A stretch of 64,000 nt of DNA, from positions 310,001 to 374,000 of the forward strand of contig RHPI01001037.1 of the NCBI GenBank assembly GCA_009103225.1, in the 5' to 3' direction. This DNA comes from Chlorokybus atmophyticus (lineage: Eukaryota > Plantae > Mesostigma and Chlorokybus algae). Below the pieces are notes generated by a model, which was not told where the DNA came from, did no database searches, and was given only the letters and a program-made list of their open reading frames with translations. How positions within the stretch are numbered: the stretch's first letter is position 1; each line of letters opens with the position of its first letter. Below, piece by piece: positions 41,581-54,968 of the stretch. Made by a program: the position numbers and the translations under genes.

Positions 41581-44491
41581 ATGGCGGCGGCGGCGGCGGC
41601 AGCGGCGGCGTCGACGGCGCTCAGCGCCGGCAGTGCGTTCCTCGCACGTCCCTCGAGGGGTGCGGAGTCTCTGAGGTCCTCCGCTTCCGTCTCCAGCTCC
41701 GGAAAGTTCTCCGCCCGTGTGTCTGCTGCTGTTGGCCCTTCACACCGTCACCATGCCACGTGCATGGTCGCCACCACTCAGGACACCGGCGCTAAGCCCG
41801 CCGTGCAGCCCCCGTCACAAGCAGCTGCAGAGGGACTTGCTCTATCCCCCAGCATTTCATCGGTGAGCGCCTGCTTCGCGCTCGTACATGGTCACATGCA
41901 CGCAAGCTGCACACCACAACTCCAACCGACCACAGCGCCAGCTGGCACTGTGGTCGGTTGGAGTTGTAGTGTGCAGCTTCCAGCGTCCTCACAAGACATT
42001 GCTTGCGCCTACGCTGCAAACACGCCATGCCCTTTGTCGCCATATGCAATGCATGCGATAGTGCTTATGCTGGATGCAGTGGCGGCACCTCAGCACTGTT
42101 CATCTGCATGCGCTTGCATGTTGTGTCGCGTTGTGAGCATGCACCGCAGGCTCCCCGATCGTAAATCCAGATGTGACTCGTCAGTGGCTGTACAGGCGTG
42201 GTCAATTGTGAATGTCGCGGGTTGTAACACTGCTGCTTTACAACTTGCGCACACGATAGTCAGGCATAGCATGCTCAACTTATTTGCGGTGGTTGTAATA
42301 GCATTGAAGTCTCCACTTGTGCAATGCATGACTTAGCAGCAGAACATGCCCCATCAGTTTACAGCTGCTCTGTTCAGTGTTTGCTAGTGTGTAGTTGGCC
42401 TTGCCTACAGCAGTCGCACCCATCACGTGTGTTCTGAGCACGCTTGTTGTGCCACACAGTCATCACAGCTTATGTTATCGCTTTGCGTGCAGAAAGTGCT
42501 TGGTGTGATTCTGGGTGGTGGTGCTGGCAGCCGGTTATACCCGCTCACAAAGAAGCGTGCCAAGCCTGCGGTGCCGTTGGGTGCAAACTATAGGCTTATC
42601 GATATCCCTGTCAGTAACTGCATCAACAGCAACATCCGCAAGATCTACGTCCTGACGCAGTTCAACTCAGCATCACTCAACCGACATTTGTCGCGAGCAT
42701 ATTCATCAAACATGGGCACCTACAACAACCAGGGGTTTGTGGAGGTGTTGGCTGCCCAGCAGAGTCCTGAAAACCCTGACTGGTTTCAGGTGTGCATTGC
42801 GCTCATTGGCATGTGAAAGCTGCAGAGGTGTTGCTGCATTGCTGGGAATCACAGACCTGTTGCTTTTTTCAGGGAACCGCGGATGCCGTCAGGCAATACA
42901 TGTGGCTCTTTGAGGAGCAGAATGTTGAGGAGTTTTTGATTTTGGCTGGTGACCACCTGTACAGAATGGACTATGAAGCTTTTGTTATTGCACACCGGGA
43001 AAGTGGCGCTGATATCACGGTAATGTTCTCAGGCCTGTGTGCCAGATGAAGTGCATGTCTGTGTGCTGTGGTGCTGATTTTCGTGTGCAGATCGGTGCAC
43101 TTCCCTGCACACCGACAGACGCAGAGGCATTTGGGATCATGAGGATTGACGAGACTGGCCGCATCAATGAGTTTGCTGAGAAGCCCAAGGGCGCTGCACT
43201 GGAGGCGATGAAGGTACCGGTGGCGCAGTTGTACTCTCATCAACAACCTGTCCTATTGCATGCACTTGTCAAGCTACAACTGCTGAATGACCGGTTCATT
43301 AGGTTTAGGTCTGGGTTCCCTGGGCAGCCTGCACTAATCATACTGTGTTTGTGTGCTTCTGCAGTCGGATACAACGGTCTTGGGCCTGGATGCGAAGAGG
43401 GCAAAGGACATGCCCTACATTGCATCCATGGGTATCTATGTGTTCAGGAGAGACGCCCTATTCAAGCTGTTGCAGGAGGACTTTCCGAATGCAATTGACT
43501 TTGGTGGTGAAGTTATTCCTGGGGCGAAGGACATTGGCATGAAGGTGGGTAGCTGCAGCATGTGTCCAAGATGCCGCGCGCGCCAGCGTCTTCACCTCAA
43601 CTGCAGTGCTTTGCATCAGTACTCCAGTGCTGGTGATGTTGTCGCAACATCTTCTACTTTGTTTGATGCGATATGTCCGCGAAGGTGCAAGCGTACCTGT
43701 TTGATGGATACTGGCAAGACATTGGTACCATTGGCGCATTCTACGAAGCGAACCTCGCGCTTTGTGATGATGATGCGCCCTTCACCTTCTGGGATAAGAC
43801 CGCCCCAATCTTTACACAGTCTAGATATCTGCCTCCATCCCGCGTGCTCAACAGCGAAATTACTAAGAGCATCATCGGTGAAGGTTGTTTGGTCGAGGTG
43901 AGTCTGCACACAGTTATCATGTGTGTTGGCTCGGCTACAATGCAGTTTGCATAGTCACTGACACATGTGTGCACCAGTCTGGCTGCCGAATTCACCATTC
44001 AGTCATTGGCCTGCGAGGCTACATTGCACAGAACTGTGTTGTTGAAGACGCCTTGTTGATGGGCGCCGATTACTATGAGGTGAGTGGCGTGGACTTCGGA
44101 TCGTGCTGCTGTTGAGTAGCCTGATTATAGATCTGATGTTCCCCACAGACTGACGCGCAAAGGGAAGCTGTGAGGGCTTCTGGTGGGGTGCCGATGGGTT
44201 TGAATGAGGGTGCAGTTGTTCGAAAGTGTATTATTGACAAGAATGCCAGGATTGGCAAGGGCGCTCAGGTACAGCACATACTGTTACTTGGTAGCCATCC
44301 ACGGAGGCCAGTCCCGTGTCAAATGCCTGAATCCCGTGATTATTACTATGTGCTGACCAGCAGCCCTGATGCAGATCATCAACAAGGACAACATTCAAGA
44401 AGCTGAGCGCGAGGCCCAGGGTTACATCATCAAGAATGGCATTGTCACCATCATCAAGGATGCCAAGATCCCTGATAGCTTTATTATCTAA
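41581..44491 (+). CDS. APS1: ADP-glucose pyrophosphorylase small subunit, plastid, multi-exon
   Basis: Transit peptide exon, then [56 protein letters not shown] (small-subunit type), [23 protein letters not shown] and KNARIG, ending [18 protein letters not shown]. Confidence 0.96.
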
Positions 44492-45073
44492 GTGCCCAGA
44501 GCATGCAGCAGGCTGGTCCATGTTGCGCGGGCATGCCAATGTGCCAGTGTGGCTCAATCAACCACAGCTGCGCAGTGAAGGCGCTGAAATGGCCTTGGGT
44601 CAGCATGACATGGTACTCGCCGGTGATCACTGGATTCTTGTGGTTGCCTAAACAGCAGCGTCCGTTGACATAAATTGCAACCTCCGCGTACAATGTTGCC
44701 CTCCTGTTGTAGCTGACTTGCTTGTAAGGATGAGTGCAGCTTAGCAATGCATCTTTGGAAGTAGTGTTCTGAGTGTTAGCGACTTCAGATCACACAAGCT
44801 ATGGATAGATCGTCAGGTGAATTTCATCCACTGCGGTGGTTGTAGTAATTTTGGCATTTGGATATCTTGGTACCATGTGAGCCTGCTGTGCACTGCACTA
44901 GGATAGCTGTGGGTGGTCTGCCAGTAGTGCAACCCGCAAGCACCGTTGTGCTGCAGGTTTGACCATGTTGTCCTGGTATTCCCCGTCCCTTCCCCAACTC
45001 TTGACCCTTCTCTGGTCGAGGATCATAGAGTATATGTACACTTCCAAACACAGATGTATCGCGTCAGCACCTA

Positions 45074-45118
45074 CTCTCTGTCTCTCTCTCTCTCTCTTTC
45101 TCTCTCTCTCCTCTCTCT
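45074..45118. repeat. (CT)n microsatellite
   Basis: Imperfect CT dinucleotide run. Confidence 0.95.
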
Positions 45119-45241
45119 GAAAGTTAAATAATTGTCAGCTTCAACCATGCCTAATCACACAACATTCGCTCAATCCCTTAACAATATTACATACCAACAC
45201 ATGTAGCTTTGATACAAGTGGCGTCCGCGACTGTTTTATGA

Positions 45242-46162
45242 TGTCATGTGCATGCGTGTCGCTGGCGCAATGCATTGGTTATGAAGGCTGTTGGGGTCAT
45301 ATTGTATGAGTTAGAGCTGAGTTACGATCAGCACATCAAGGTGTAACTCAATTACGTTGGAAGGACTCACATGTGACTGAAGATCGCTGGTTGTAAACGA
45401 TTTACAAAATGTAAAATGGTTATGGCAGCCAAAGTGGTTAGGACGGTTGCAAAGACATGGTAGGAGGGTGTAAGCGTCCATAACTTGTGTTGCAGCTAGT
45501 TGAGCGCAAGTCCCTTGTTTCAAGCGGCGAGCGGCGGTGGGCATGGGGTTGCAGCCGAAGGATTGGGGGCCATGTCCGTGGCATCTCAAGACAGCTGGAG
45601 GAGGGGTTGAGGCCATGTTTGCGGTGACATTGGAGCCCGTGCGGATCAAGTTGACTGCACATGCTGGAGGGTGAACCACTCTTGTTGTTCATTGTCTTAT
45701 CACCGACGGGGGGAGCTACGATGTGTTGCTGGGGCAAGAGTTCTTGTATTCGATGGGAGGGGGAGTGGACGACGGGTTGGAGCGTGGCTTTTTCAGACTA
45801 TGATGGAAGCATGGGAATGGTGAGAAGGCATTCTTCCCGTTGCCGGTGAGAGAGGTTGAGGAGGTTGAGGAAGCAAAGAGGTGGACGGATGCGATGATGC
45901 GTATGGGTGAAGGCGAGTGAGGAGGTCAGCTGGCATTCTCGGGACGTGAACACCAGCAGACGAGGGTGTGATGCGCGCTTGTTGTGAGTGTCGAATCATG
46001 TGTATGAATCTGTACACGTGTGGGGCAGCTTCGGGAGGATCCCAAGCTAGCATACATGCATAGAGGAAGCCACAACGTGTAAAGATGGAAAAGATGCAGC
46101 ATCTCGAGGCCTGACGAGCTCGTGGACAACATCCTCGAGCAACAACGGGATACGGCACGACA
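45242..46162 (+). mobile_element. Older, internally deleted relative of the 9920-14091 element (A-partial, protease end, B)
   Basis: Starts TGTCATG and ends GGCACGACA. Homologous to A (to ~45520), then jumps to the protease C-terminus and continues through B. Flanked by atga/atgc (3 of 4 match). Confidence 0.9.
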
Positions 46163-46639
46163 ATGCTCACCATCCCACTTAACACTGGTGGCAATCACGT
46201 TTCCATACAACACATTACACATGCGCAAGCTCCGCACATTCATGAGTTAATTAGCCTGACGCCCCCCGCAGGGCATACACGTCACTGGCTCCCACACTGC
46301 CATTTACGCAAGCGCCGTGTCCACCTCCGTGTCAGGAGTTGGAGGTCATTGGTGTCCAGCCTGCCATCTTTGTTGCGGTTCGTGATGGCTATTGCATGCA
46401 CTCGTTGCAAGGCGCAAGCCACCCGCTACTAGTATAGCCGCACGAACCCCTCCAGCTGACGACTGCTCCGCCCCTCGCACCGCCATTAGGTTGTGCGCAT
46501 AGAGGCGCATCACGCTGTCCTTGACCTTTGCAGGTGTTACAGAAATAATAGAGAAGCAACATGGCGTACAAGTGACAGCATACACCACATGTGTAACCAT
46601 ATGTGTGCAGCCCAGTGAGTCCACTAGTAGTCATCGACA

Positions 46640-46866
46640 CATGCGCTAGGAGGGCACTGGCTGCACGTGACCTGCCATTGCGCAGGCTATCGGGCTACTT
46701 GGCTCTGTACCGGCAGCGCGTGTCTTGCGCGCTGCAGCGCGCCCAGGGCATCACCATCCTGGAGCGGGGGGCGGCAGTCGTTGCGGCAGTACCAGGCTGG
46801 GGCCCGGTCCAGACGGCGGCGCCAACGGCGGAAGCGGACGCTGTGCTGGCAGCTGCGGCAGTGTAG
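46640..46866 (+). mobile_element. 3' fragment of a CRE-like non-LTR retrotransposon
   Basis: RQRVSCALQRAQGITILE...GWGP..EAD; homologous to 29930-30200. Confidence 0.6.
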
Positions 46867-47298
46867 TTGTGTAGGCGTGCTTGCATGCCGCTGGCATGCG
46901 TGTGAGTATGCTTGTGCAGTGATAGGCAGGGTTGACAGTACGTAGCTTGGTGTGACGATGTCGCTGTTAGTGTATGAGAGTAGTCGTATGCGCGCAAGCG
47001 CAATGCCAACCCCTCATCCATAGATTCAAGCACGTTGTGCTCCCCAACATCGCGGTCATCGATGTTAGCGTGCGATGTGCCATCTTCACCCGGTATGCAA
47101 CAGTCATTCGGTTGATGGGTATGCACCTATCATGTCTGAGCAACTGTGCATTGGGTCGCTGTGGTCAACATGCATAGGCAAAGGCAGAAGCATGCATGCC
47201 CGATACATAAGGCAACCGCAGTAGTGCACTGTGGGTATACCCCATCTTGTCTGCAAACACGCAGCTGCAACATCTTTGCTTGCACGCAACGTTATGCA

Positions 47299-49631
47299 TT
47301 ACAAAAATGTAAGAGCGAGCAGCACTACGAACAAAAGGAGAAGGAAGACTATCAGGCCCAGCTGAAACTTCATGCCGCCTTTCTTCAGCAACGCTTCTGC
47401 TTTTTTCTTTGAAACATAGCAGCCCAAAGTCATACCGCTGCATGTCCATAATGCATTGACAGTTGACACAGACACTGTGTGACAATTATAGCCAAGACCA
47501 CATTGATACGGACCTGCACGAGCTGCAGGCGTGTAGATGTCGCATCCACGTCTTGCTCAAAATCGTTCAACAAGGCTTCCTGCACACAATGCAAACCAGC
47601 ACAGTCAGTGGACGCACGCAACAGAGCAGCATCGTTCACGGTAAATGGCTTAAAAAGGCTTGTGGGCACCCTCCAGGTTGCCCACCTGTGACACAAGTTC
47701 GTCATGGATGGTGAGGCCCACTCGCCCAATGCGCTGCACACCCATGCTCAACTCCTCCAGATCCTCATCTTGCTGCCTGCATGCGCAAGCATGCAAGTTT
47801 GACACTGATCACACCGTATTGACAGAGCACACCGAAAAATATGCCACAATCCCGCAACATCTTTGCAGCAACGAGGAACCACTCATTTGAGCTGCAAGTT
47901 ATGCACTCACAATGCACATAATTACATAAGGAGTCATGGCCACATGTTGGTCTCATGCACACTGCAGCGTGGCATAAACACCTGAACATGAGCTGCTGTC
48001 GATGTGCTTCATCCGCAACAAACAGGTCGTTCTGCTCGTCCAATCTGCTGCGCACGGGAGTCAGCGTGGCAGCGGGGCGGCTGTTATTCTGGCCGGACAG
48101 GCCGGGCGATCGCGTGGCAATGTTGGGACTGCTCGCCGCGCTGCTGTTCATCAACTCCGCCCGCGACGGCTTCGGCTCAGGCGGGGGCGCGTATGCTTGC
48201 AACCCGCGCTTCACGGTTGTAATCTGGGAGCGAGACAGATCAGACAGTTGTGAGTCACACCTTGTGACAGAGCATTGCCAACACCATATGTGCACATGCG
48301 AAGTTTACTAGCTGTGATGCGCTTAAATGCTGGGGAATACTGGTGCGTACCTGCCCCCGCGCACCGGATATCCATTTCCTTCTCTTTGCAATCTCTTCAC
48401 TGCTAATGTTGAAGCGCATAGGATCACGCTCAGCCACACTCACAGCCTTGTCCAGCTCGCCCACCTGTTGAATGTCACAACATCAGTGTGGTGAGGGCAT
48501 GCAGCAAACAATCAGTGAACACAACATCTGCTTGCACACACGGGCATACACTTTTGTGTACACACGCTGACGGTGAGCCACGCGCGATCATGCACCTATG
48601 TTCACGACTCCTTGAATGGTGAGTAAGGCACAACTCAACGTCGACCGCATCTCCTTAACAACACTAGAGTTCCAAAAAGACATGCGGCAACTTACGCGGA
48701 CAGCAATTCCCCCACACAACCAACAGCATGCATGTGAAAACTGTATAACTTCACTGTCTCTACGAACGCAATGGGGTTGCCACGCATGCAGCTGTGCATG
48801 CGGTGATGTGCTGCTGACCTGCCATTCAAGTGAGTCGCATGCAGTGGCGACGTCCTGTGCTTGCCGCAGCCGCTCGGCACCACCAACGCGCTCAAGCTGC
48901 GAATAACGCGCCTGAAGCTTGTTCACCTGCTCACCAATCACAACGTCACGACGCATCGCGCACACAAGTGCTGCTATCCAAGCTCGCACATCAATTGCAA
49001 GATTGCAAACAGGAATGCAAGTGCAAAGTTGCATGGGACTCCCAATGCATGCACACAACACTGCGATGGCCTAGCTGAATTTATTATGTTCCTCGAAGGT
49101 CAAAGCGCATTGCACCCAGCAAGTTGCATGCGCTGGTACTACTGTACTAGTAGTCACTTGCTGAAGCATGTACTTGTCGTCAAGAATGTAAAATGTACAT
49201 CAAATAAGCAAATAAGCTAGTACGGCTCAATAGCATGCAAAGCTCACGCCACGAGCGATCACATAATTCCTCAACCAGCTGTTTGCCAGACTTGCTGTTC
49301 ATGGAAACAAACAAGCACAATGGCGTCCAAAGAATGCACTCTTGGACAAATCGTGCGCTGACTGCACAAACTGTCCGCTGCAGCAACCCCAGCATTGTAC
49401 AGCATTGGACAACGCCTGGAAAGCACAACTCTCCAATCGGTGGTTAAGCACGGCGAACACAAAAGAATACTGAACGCTGAACACTGCGCGCAAGTGCACA
49501 CGACGCACAGAATTTCCCCTCCAACTCTTACGTATGCTGCAGTCAACCCCGCTGTGAAATGGATTTGCGATCCCACTTACCGCATCCTGCACCTCCTCCC
49601 GCACCAGGTAGAAAGGGTCTTGCACAGACAT
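47299..49631 (-). CDS. SYP61: Syntaxin-6/SYP61-like Qc-SNARE, multi-exon
   Basis: MSVQDPFYLVREEVQDA, DSLEWQV.ELDKAVSVAERDPMRFNISSEEIAKRRKWI, QDEDLEEL..VQRIGRVGLTIHDEL, and a C-terminal TM segment KKGGMKFQLGLIVFLLLLFVVLLALTFL*. Confidence 0.95.
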
Positions 49632-50186
49632 CTATGCAAAACTCCTTCAACTGCTGCTCGCACGACACGCCACCACCAGCAACAGCCCGATCAAGGATCC
49701 ACAGTCACAGCTCAACCTGCAAATCGCTGCTGAAACCAACTCCTGGCCGACCAGACCAGACCAGACCAGGCCCACACAAAATCTGTACGTCAAGTCAAGG
49801 GAAGGCCGAGCCCTCGTTCAATCCGCAAACACGGGTAAACACCACCACCAAATTTCTGGAGCTGCGGGACACGAGCTGGACGCTCACGGCTACCGCCCCC
49901 GCCGCCGCCGCCTATGCCACGTGGCACGCGCTGCGGTCAACTCAGCTGCCTGCTTCATCAGGTCAAACCAAGCAGGTTCGGTTCAGTCAGAAGGCCGTCG
50001 CCTCAACTGGGAAGTAGTAGCTGACTGAGTACGGTTAACTCAACTTCGCGCGGGCAGACCGTTGGCACATGCTTTTTTGAATTCTGTTGCGGGTGACTGA
50101 AGTCGGTTACTCCGTGACCGCGTTTGGCCGGGCCAGGCCGAAGCCAGGCTACTCGGCCCAGGCCAGGCCAGGCCAGGCCGAGCGGC

Positions 50187-53100
50187 ATGCTCAGGGCGGT
50201 TGGGGGTGGCAGAGGCAGAGGTAGAGGGAGGGGCAGAGGCAGGGAGCAAAGGCCTGGCGGGGGAGTGTACGCCCTCGCTCGCCACGCTGATGGCGACGCC
50301 TTACAGGCGGCGGCGGCGGTGGAGAAGGCCGCTGCCGCCGACGTGACGATCGACTACTTGCCCAAGTACTTTCCCTTTCAAGCTGAGAAAGAGTCTCCGC
50401 CGGAGCCAGTGGTGCCCTGGTTTGCCAGGCCTGGACCGCCTGTACGCCCCCTTGTACAGGAGGATGATGACGCCACGGCGGCGGCGAAGGAGGCGGCGAG
50501 CATGCTGCAGCACATGCCCAACATTAACTACAGGTGGAGTTGACTAATATATCAGAAGGAAGCTTGAAGGAATTGCCCTCTAATGCCTCAGCTTATGCAC
50601 TAGTAGTGGTCTCGGAGTACAGCTTCCAATGGTAATAGTCCACACTTGTAATGTGAGCACACAGCTTATTTGCACGAACACCTGCTTAGGCAACACGCAT
50701 GTGCTTGTGTGTGTCTGTGCGCAGCCGCCTTTCGCTCGCCATGTTCCTTGCTCAAGGGGACCTGGTTGATGTTGCTGGCGACATCGACGATGATGATATT
50801 TGTGAGGCGGGAGAGAGCGGTGAACCTCCCCAGCAACAGCAAGACGTTGCGCACTGGCTAGGAAAGATCAACACGAAGAGGAAAACGAAGGGTAGTGCTG
50901 GCGGGCGGAGCGTTCACTTCATGGTGCGTACAAAGTATGCACTGCTGTACGAAGTACCGGTATGCGTGTGCTCATGCCACACAATGTCACAACTCGAAAT
51001 CTGTGCACGATTCAAACATGCATGCATGCTCTTTTTCAGCCGGCAGAGCACGAGACGCAATGCAAGAGCGACGGTGACAATGCTGCTATTGGTGCTTCAA
51101 CAGCCGCGCTGAAGCGCCAGCTGGAGCAGCAGTCGAAAGAGGTAGACACTTGTTTGGTCCCTTGTTTGTGGTCGTTCGTGTGCATGCTTCGCTCACGCGC
51201 GCTGGTATTTGGCCAGGTGACGGCGCTGTCTCGGAAGGTGGCAGAGCAGGCGTCCGCTATGGAGGGGCAGCTGCACACGCTTCGTACGCAACAGCAGCAG
51301 TCAGCCAAGGTGCGCCCTATACACATTGATGACCTTGAGTGTTGTGCTTGCAAGGGCTAGTATGTGTCCGGTTGCATCTCGTATGCGTGGTGGACATCCT
51401 GGTATGTACGCATTGCCAGCGTAGTTGACATATGTAAATAGTTCATATGCATGCCATGCAGCAAGAGAAGGTCAGAAGAGTGGTGACACGGCCAGCGCTG
51501 GCGCAAGGCGCCAATACCACCAGCGGAAAGAGCGCTGAGAGCAACTTGCAACCTGCAAACATTGTTACTCGTACACCGCATGAAGCCAATGGGCAGATCA
51601 GGTTAACTGAAAAGGTACGCACTTCTGCCAGACTCAAGCCAAAGCTCTGTTGAGTAGTTGCTTACAGCGGTTGGTCTCTGCCAGGAGCGTGCGAGGCGCC
51701 GTCAGCGCGAGCGGTATTTGCAGGCGCTAGAGATATCACGTGCTTACGTGCTCATGCGCCAGCAAAGGTTTGTGCATGTGAATGGAGTGCTCGCGCGTGC
51801 ATGTCCGTGTGCGCTTTGCATGTGCATGGAAGCCATCGCAACAGACCGCACATGTTGTTTGCAGGGCAGCGCGCAGCACTTTTGGCGATGACGAAGGCCT
51901 CGACAGCGGGCTCCTGCGCGCAATCATGCAGAACGCCGGAGGTGACTTCACGGACACTCGACAGCTACAGCTTGTCCGAGGAATGCAGAGCGATATCATG
52001 ACCAAGGTGAGGCTTTGCAGCAGTCAGGTGGGGCATGCGCTGCATACAGCTGGCGCATTCTGACTTCTCGTTGCTGGTATTGTACACATTAGCCTGTTGA
52101 GAGCGCGCTCGTGAGGCTGGCCTCGCCACCGAGGAGGCTTTCACCTGCCATCATCAGCGTGCCAGCTGGGCGCAGAAAGCCATCATCATCGCTCAAGGCG
52201 AGCAAACGCAGCATTGGAGTTAAGGAAGCCAGAAGCGCGCTGCAGCAAAGGCTTCATTCAAGCCAACAGCAGGTGCTGCCTGCATTGCTGCTCGAAAATG
52301 CATGCACGCCTATGAGTCCATTGTGTGACAGTCTTGTATCACAGGGTGTTGTTGGCACGGCAGCTGCCCAACTTGCTGCCGCGCGTCCTGCTTTAAGTAA
52401 GGCAGATGATCAAGCGACGCAGACATCTGCGACGCAAACGAGTCACCCGCCTTCTCGCAGGTGAGTGCCTACCAACTGCATGTAAGTCTCCTTGGTTTTG
52501 ACACGTGTGTTCGCAGAGTGTCTTTTGAGTTGGACTCCTTGGATGCCATCATCGTCGATACCAACAGGATACAACAGCAGCCAACAGAGGTCGGGGCCTG
52601 CTGTGCATGCAACTATTGTGTCACATCACGCATGATCATGCATGCAACCTGGTGGAGTGCATAACAACAAGCGTGCGGCCCTGCAGGCTGCCAACCAGCA
52701 GAAGGTTGCTGGGGATGTGGAAGCCGTCTCAGTATTGGTATGTCCTTGTCCACGTTGTTCGTGGCATGGAGACATTGTTTGAACGTTCACTATTGTATTG
52801 GTCCGCAGGCGGCACCTAACGAACGGACTGATGCACTCGCTAAGTCACAGACATCTGAACAACGCGATGCGGACACCGTGCAAGCCCGACTGCAGCGGGT
52901 ACACTAGTCGCACGCTGATCGCAAGCACCACTAATGCTTGTGTTGGTTCTTGATTGAGATAGTTGTGGGCTGCTTGGTTGACAGCACATGCAATGTTCTC
53001 CCTGCGTGGCAGCTGGACCGAGTACGGCTGCGCTGGTTTGGAACCTCCCAAAGTACAGACAGCAAGCCCGCAAGCAGCAACAGCAGCCACCATCGTGTTC

Positions 53101-53650
53101 CCGTCCCTCGCGCGCCATTGCCACCTGAGACCGTGGCAAGCATTAACGAGGGTCGCGAACAGTTCTTGAAGTGCGTACACAGCGTGTGCACATGTCGCAG
53201 CCTGGCGTGTAGCAATGTGCCTGCACTGACCGCTGTTGGACATCTCAGGTTGCAGGCTGAAGCTGATGGGATACTAGTAGCTGCATGTCCGGGTTTCAAC
53301 CCCACTCAAGTCATCGAGCAGTAAGTCAGGAGTCGAGAGAAAAGTCTCCTTGAGTTCTAGATTGTGTTAGCCAGCACAAGTATGCGATGAATTCTGTTGG
53401 ACGCTGGTCATAGCCGGCAAGCTGACAGTGTTGCTGCAAGCACGCGAGTGTGTCATTGTGCACTAGCACATGTTGCAACCTGATGGCGCCACTGCTTTAC
53501 AGACTCAGCGACGACCTGCTTGAGGAGTTGCTGCTCGCCCACGCGACACAGCTGGTGGACGCTGTGGACACATGTGCGGAGAGCCTGTTCGTAGGCGAGT
53601 TTCTGGAACCAGGGGAGACTGCTCAAGAAGAGCACCCGCTACTTCAATAG
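50187..53650 (+). CDS. Moonraker/KIAA0753-like centriolar protein (tentative), multi-exon
   Basis: Coiled-coil exons and a C-terminus PLPPETVASINEGREQFLK..PGFNPTQVIEQ|LSDDLLEELLLAHATQLVDAVDTCAESLFVGEFLE that resembles, from memory, the Moonraker C-terminal FNPW..E..SEEL..E.L..VA.EL.D.C..YAE.VF.SEFLE motif. Confidence 0.65.
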
Positions 53651-54968
53651 TGCTGTGTGCTCAGTAGTACCTGGCTTGCTGTTGGTGCGAATACCATTGA
53701 AGATTGCTGAATGGCCACATGGTGCGAGCACAAGTCATCAAGTTGTGTACCCAGCTGCAGCTTGTTATATGTCCCAGCTGGCAGCAGCGTGGTTGTCTCT
53801 TAATGCCGAGTTCAACTGAGGTTCAGTCGGTAGCGCCCGACCATGGTCACCAAGGCCTATGGATGCAAACAGGCTCCTGCCCACACCACCACGACGTTGC
53901 CACATCAGGTCTCCCTTTGACTTTGTACACTCATGGTGCTGCTGCTGTCTTTGCTCAGTTTGAACATCTGCTCGGGTTTGTGTAAAAGTAGTAGGTCATC
54001 ACTTAAACTGATTACTCGTTCCTTCTGTGCCTACATGCATTGCTGCGCGTGCTGACTTTGTCATGCGATGCAAGTGCCCCGGTGCAGTGTTGTGTGCCAG
54101 CAGCTTACGCTCTGACTTTCAAGTTACTTACCAAACAGGTGCGATTGCAAGTTACGTCAGCTCACAATCGCAAGCACAGTTACAGCAGTGTGGAGTCTCC
54201 AGTCTCACATTTCCTTCATGTCATGTCTACTTTACCATAAGTTCTGCTTGTCTTCATGCATCCAGAGTCCACATCGTTGGTCACTCTTTCCAGCTTTGGT
54301 TGTATCTGTTCGCGTTATCTAGTGCATGCATCCTTCAATTTGTCATTTGGGTGATTCGTAACGTTGTCAGATGCCCTTGGACCTTCCTCCAACTTGTCTC
54401 GCATCTGTGTACCCAGACCTGTGTACCCATTCTGTACCCAACTTGTCAAGCAGTTACTGATGATGATCGTGACTTTTGCTCTTGGTAGCGTGCTTCTGCG
54501 GCCGTTTTGGTGTGGGTGTACGATACAGGTGAACTCCCTTATCACACTGGTCCTCACAGGCAGTAACGGTGCCATGCGGCAACCTCCCCCAAGTTCTGAG
54601 GCCCATCCAGTGAAGGCCTTGGAATCCTCCTAGCACCATCTTGAAGACGATCTGCTCATAGCAGACTGCATACCCGGCCTCCCAACATCTCGCCCTGGAA
54701 AGCATTATGCGTGGCAGTTGGGAGCTTATCCCAACTGGCAATGTCGGACACCAACATGTAGCTCTTTTGCACACAAGAACCTTGTGGCAGTAGTGTACAG
54801 AACAACCGAGGAGTGGCAACTTTGAAACCTCGACAAGGCAACGCTTTTACGTTTGAAACCTCGACAAGGCAAGCATTGCGTAGTCTACATGTATTATGCA
54901 TGTATGCTAAATATACGCTCTTGGGAGCTACAAGGCATGTTAAGACTGGCCAAGTCGGCCGTCGCCTT

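Noticed and set aside
46164-46630. Short ORFs between the 45-kb element and the CRE fragment
   Set aside because: No recognisable domain or consistent splice structure.
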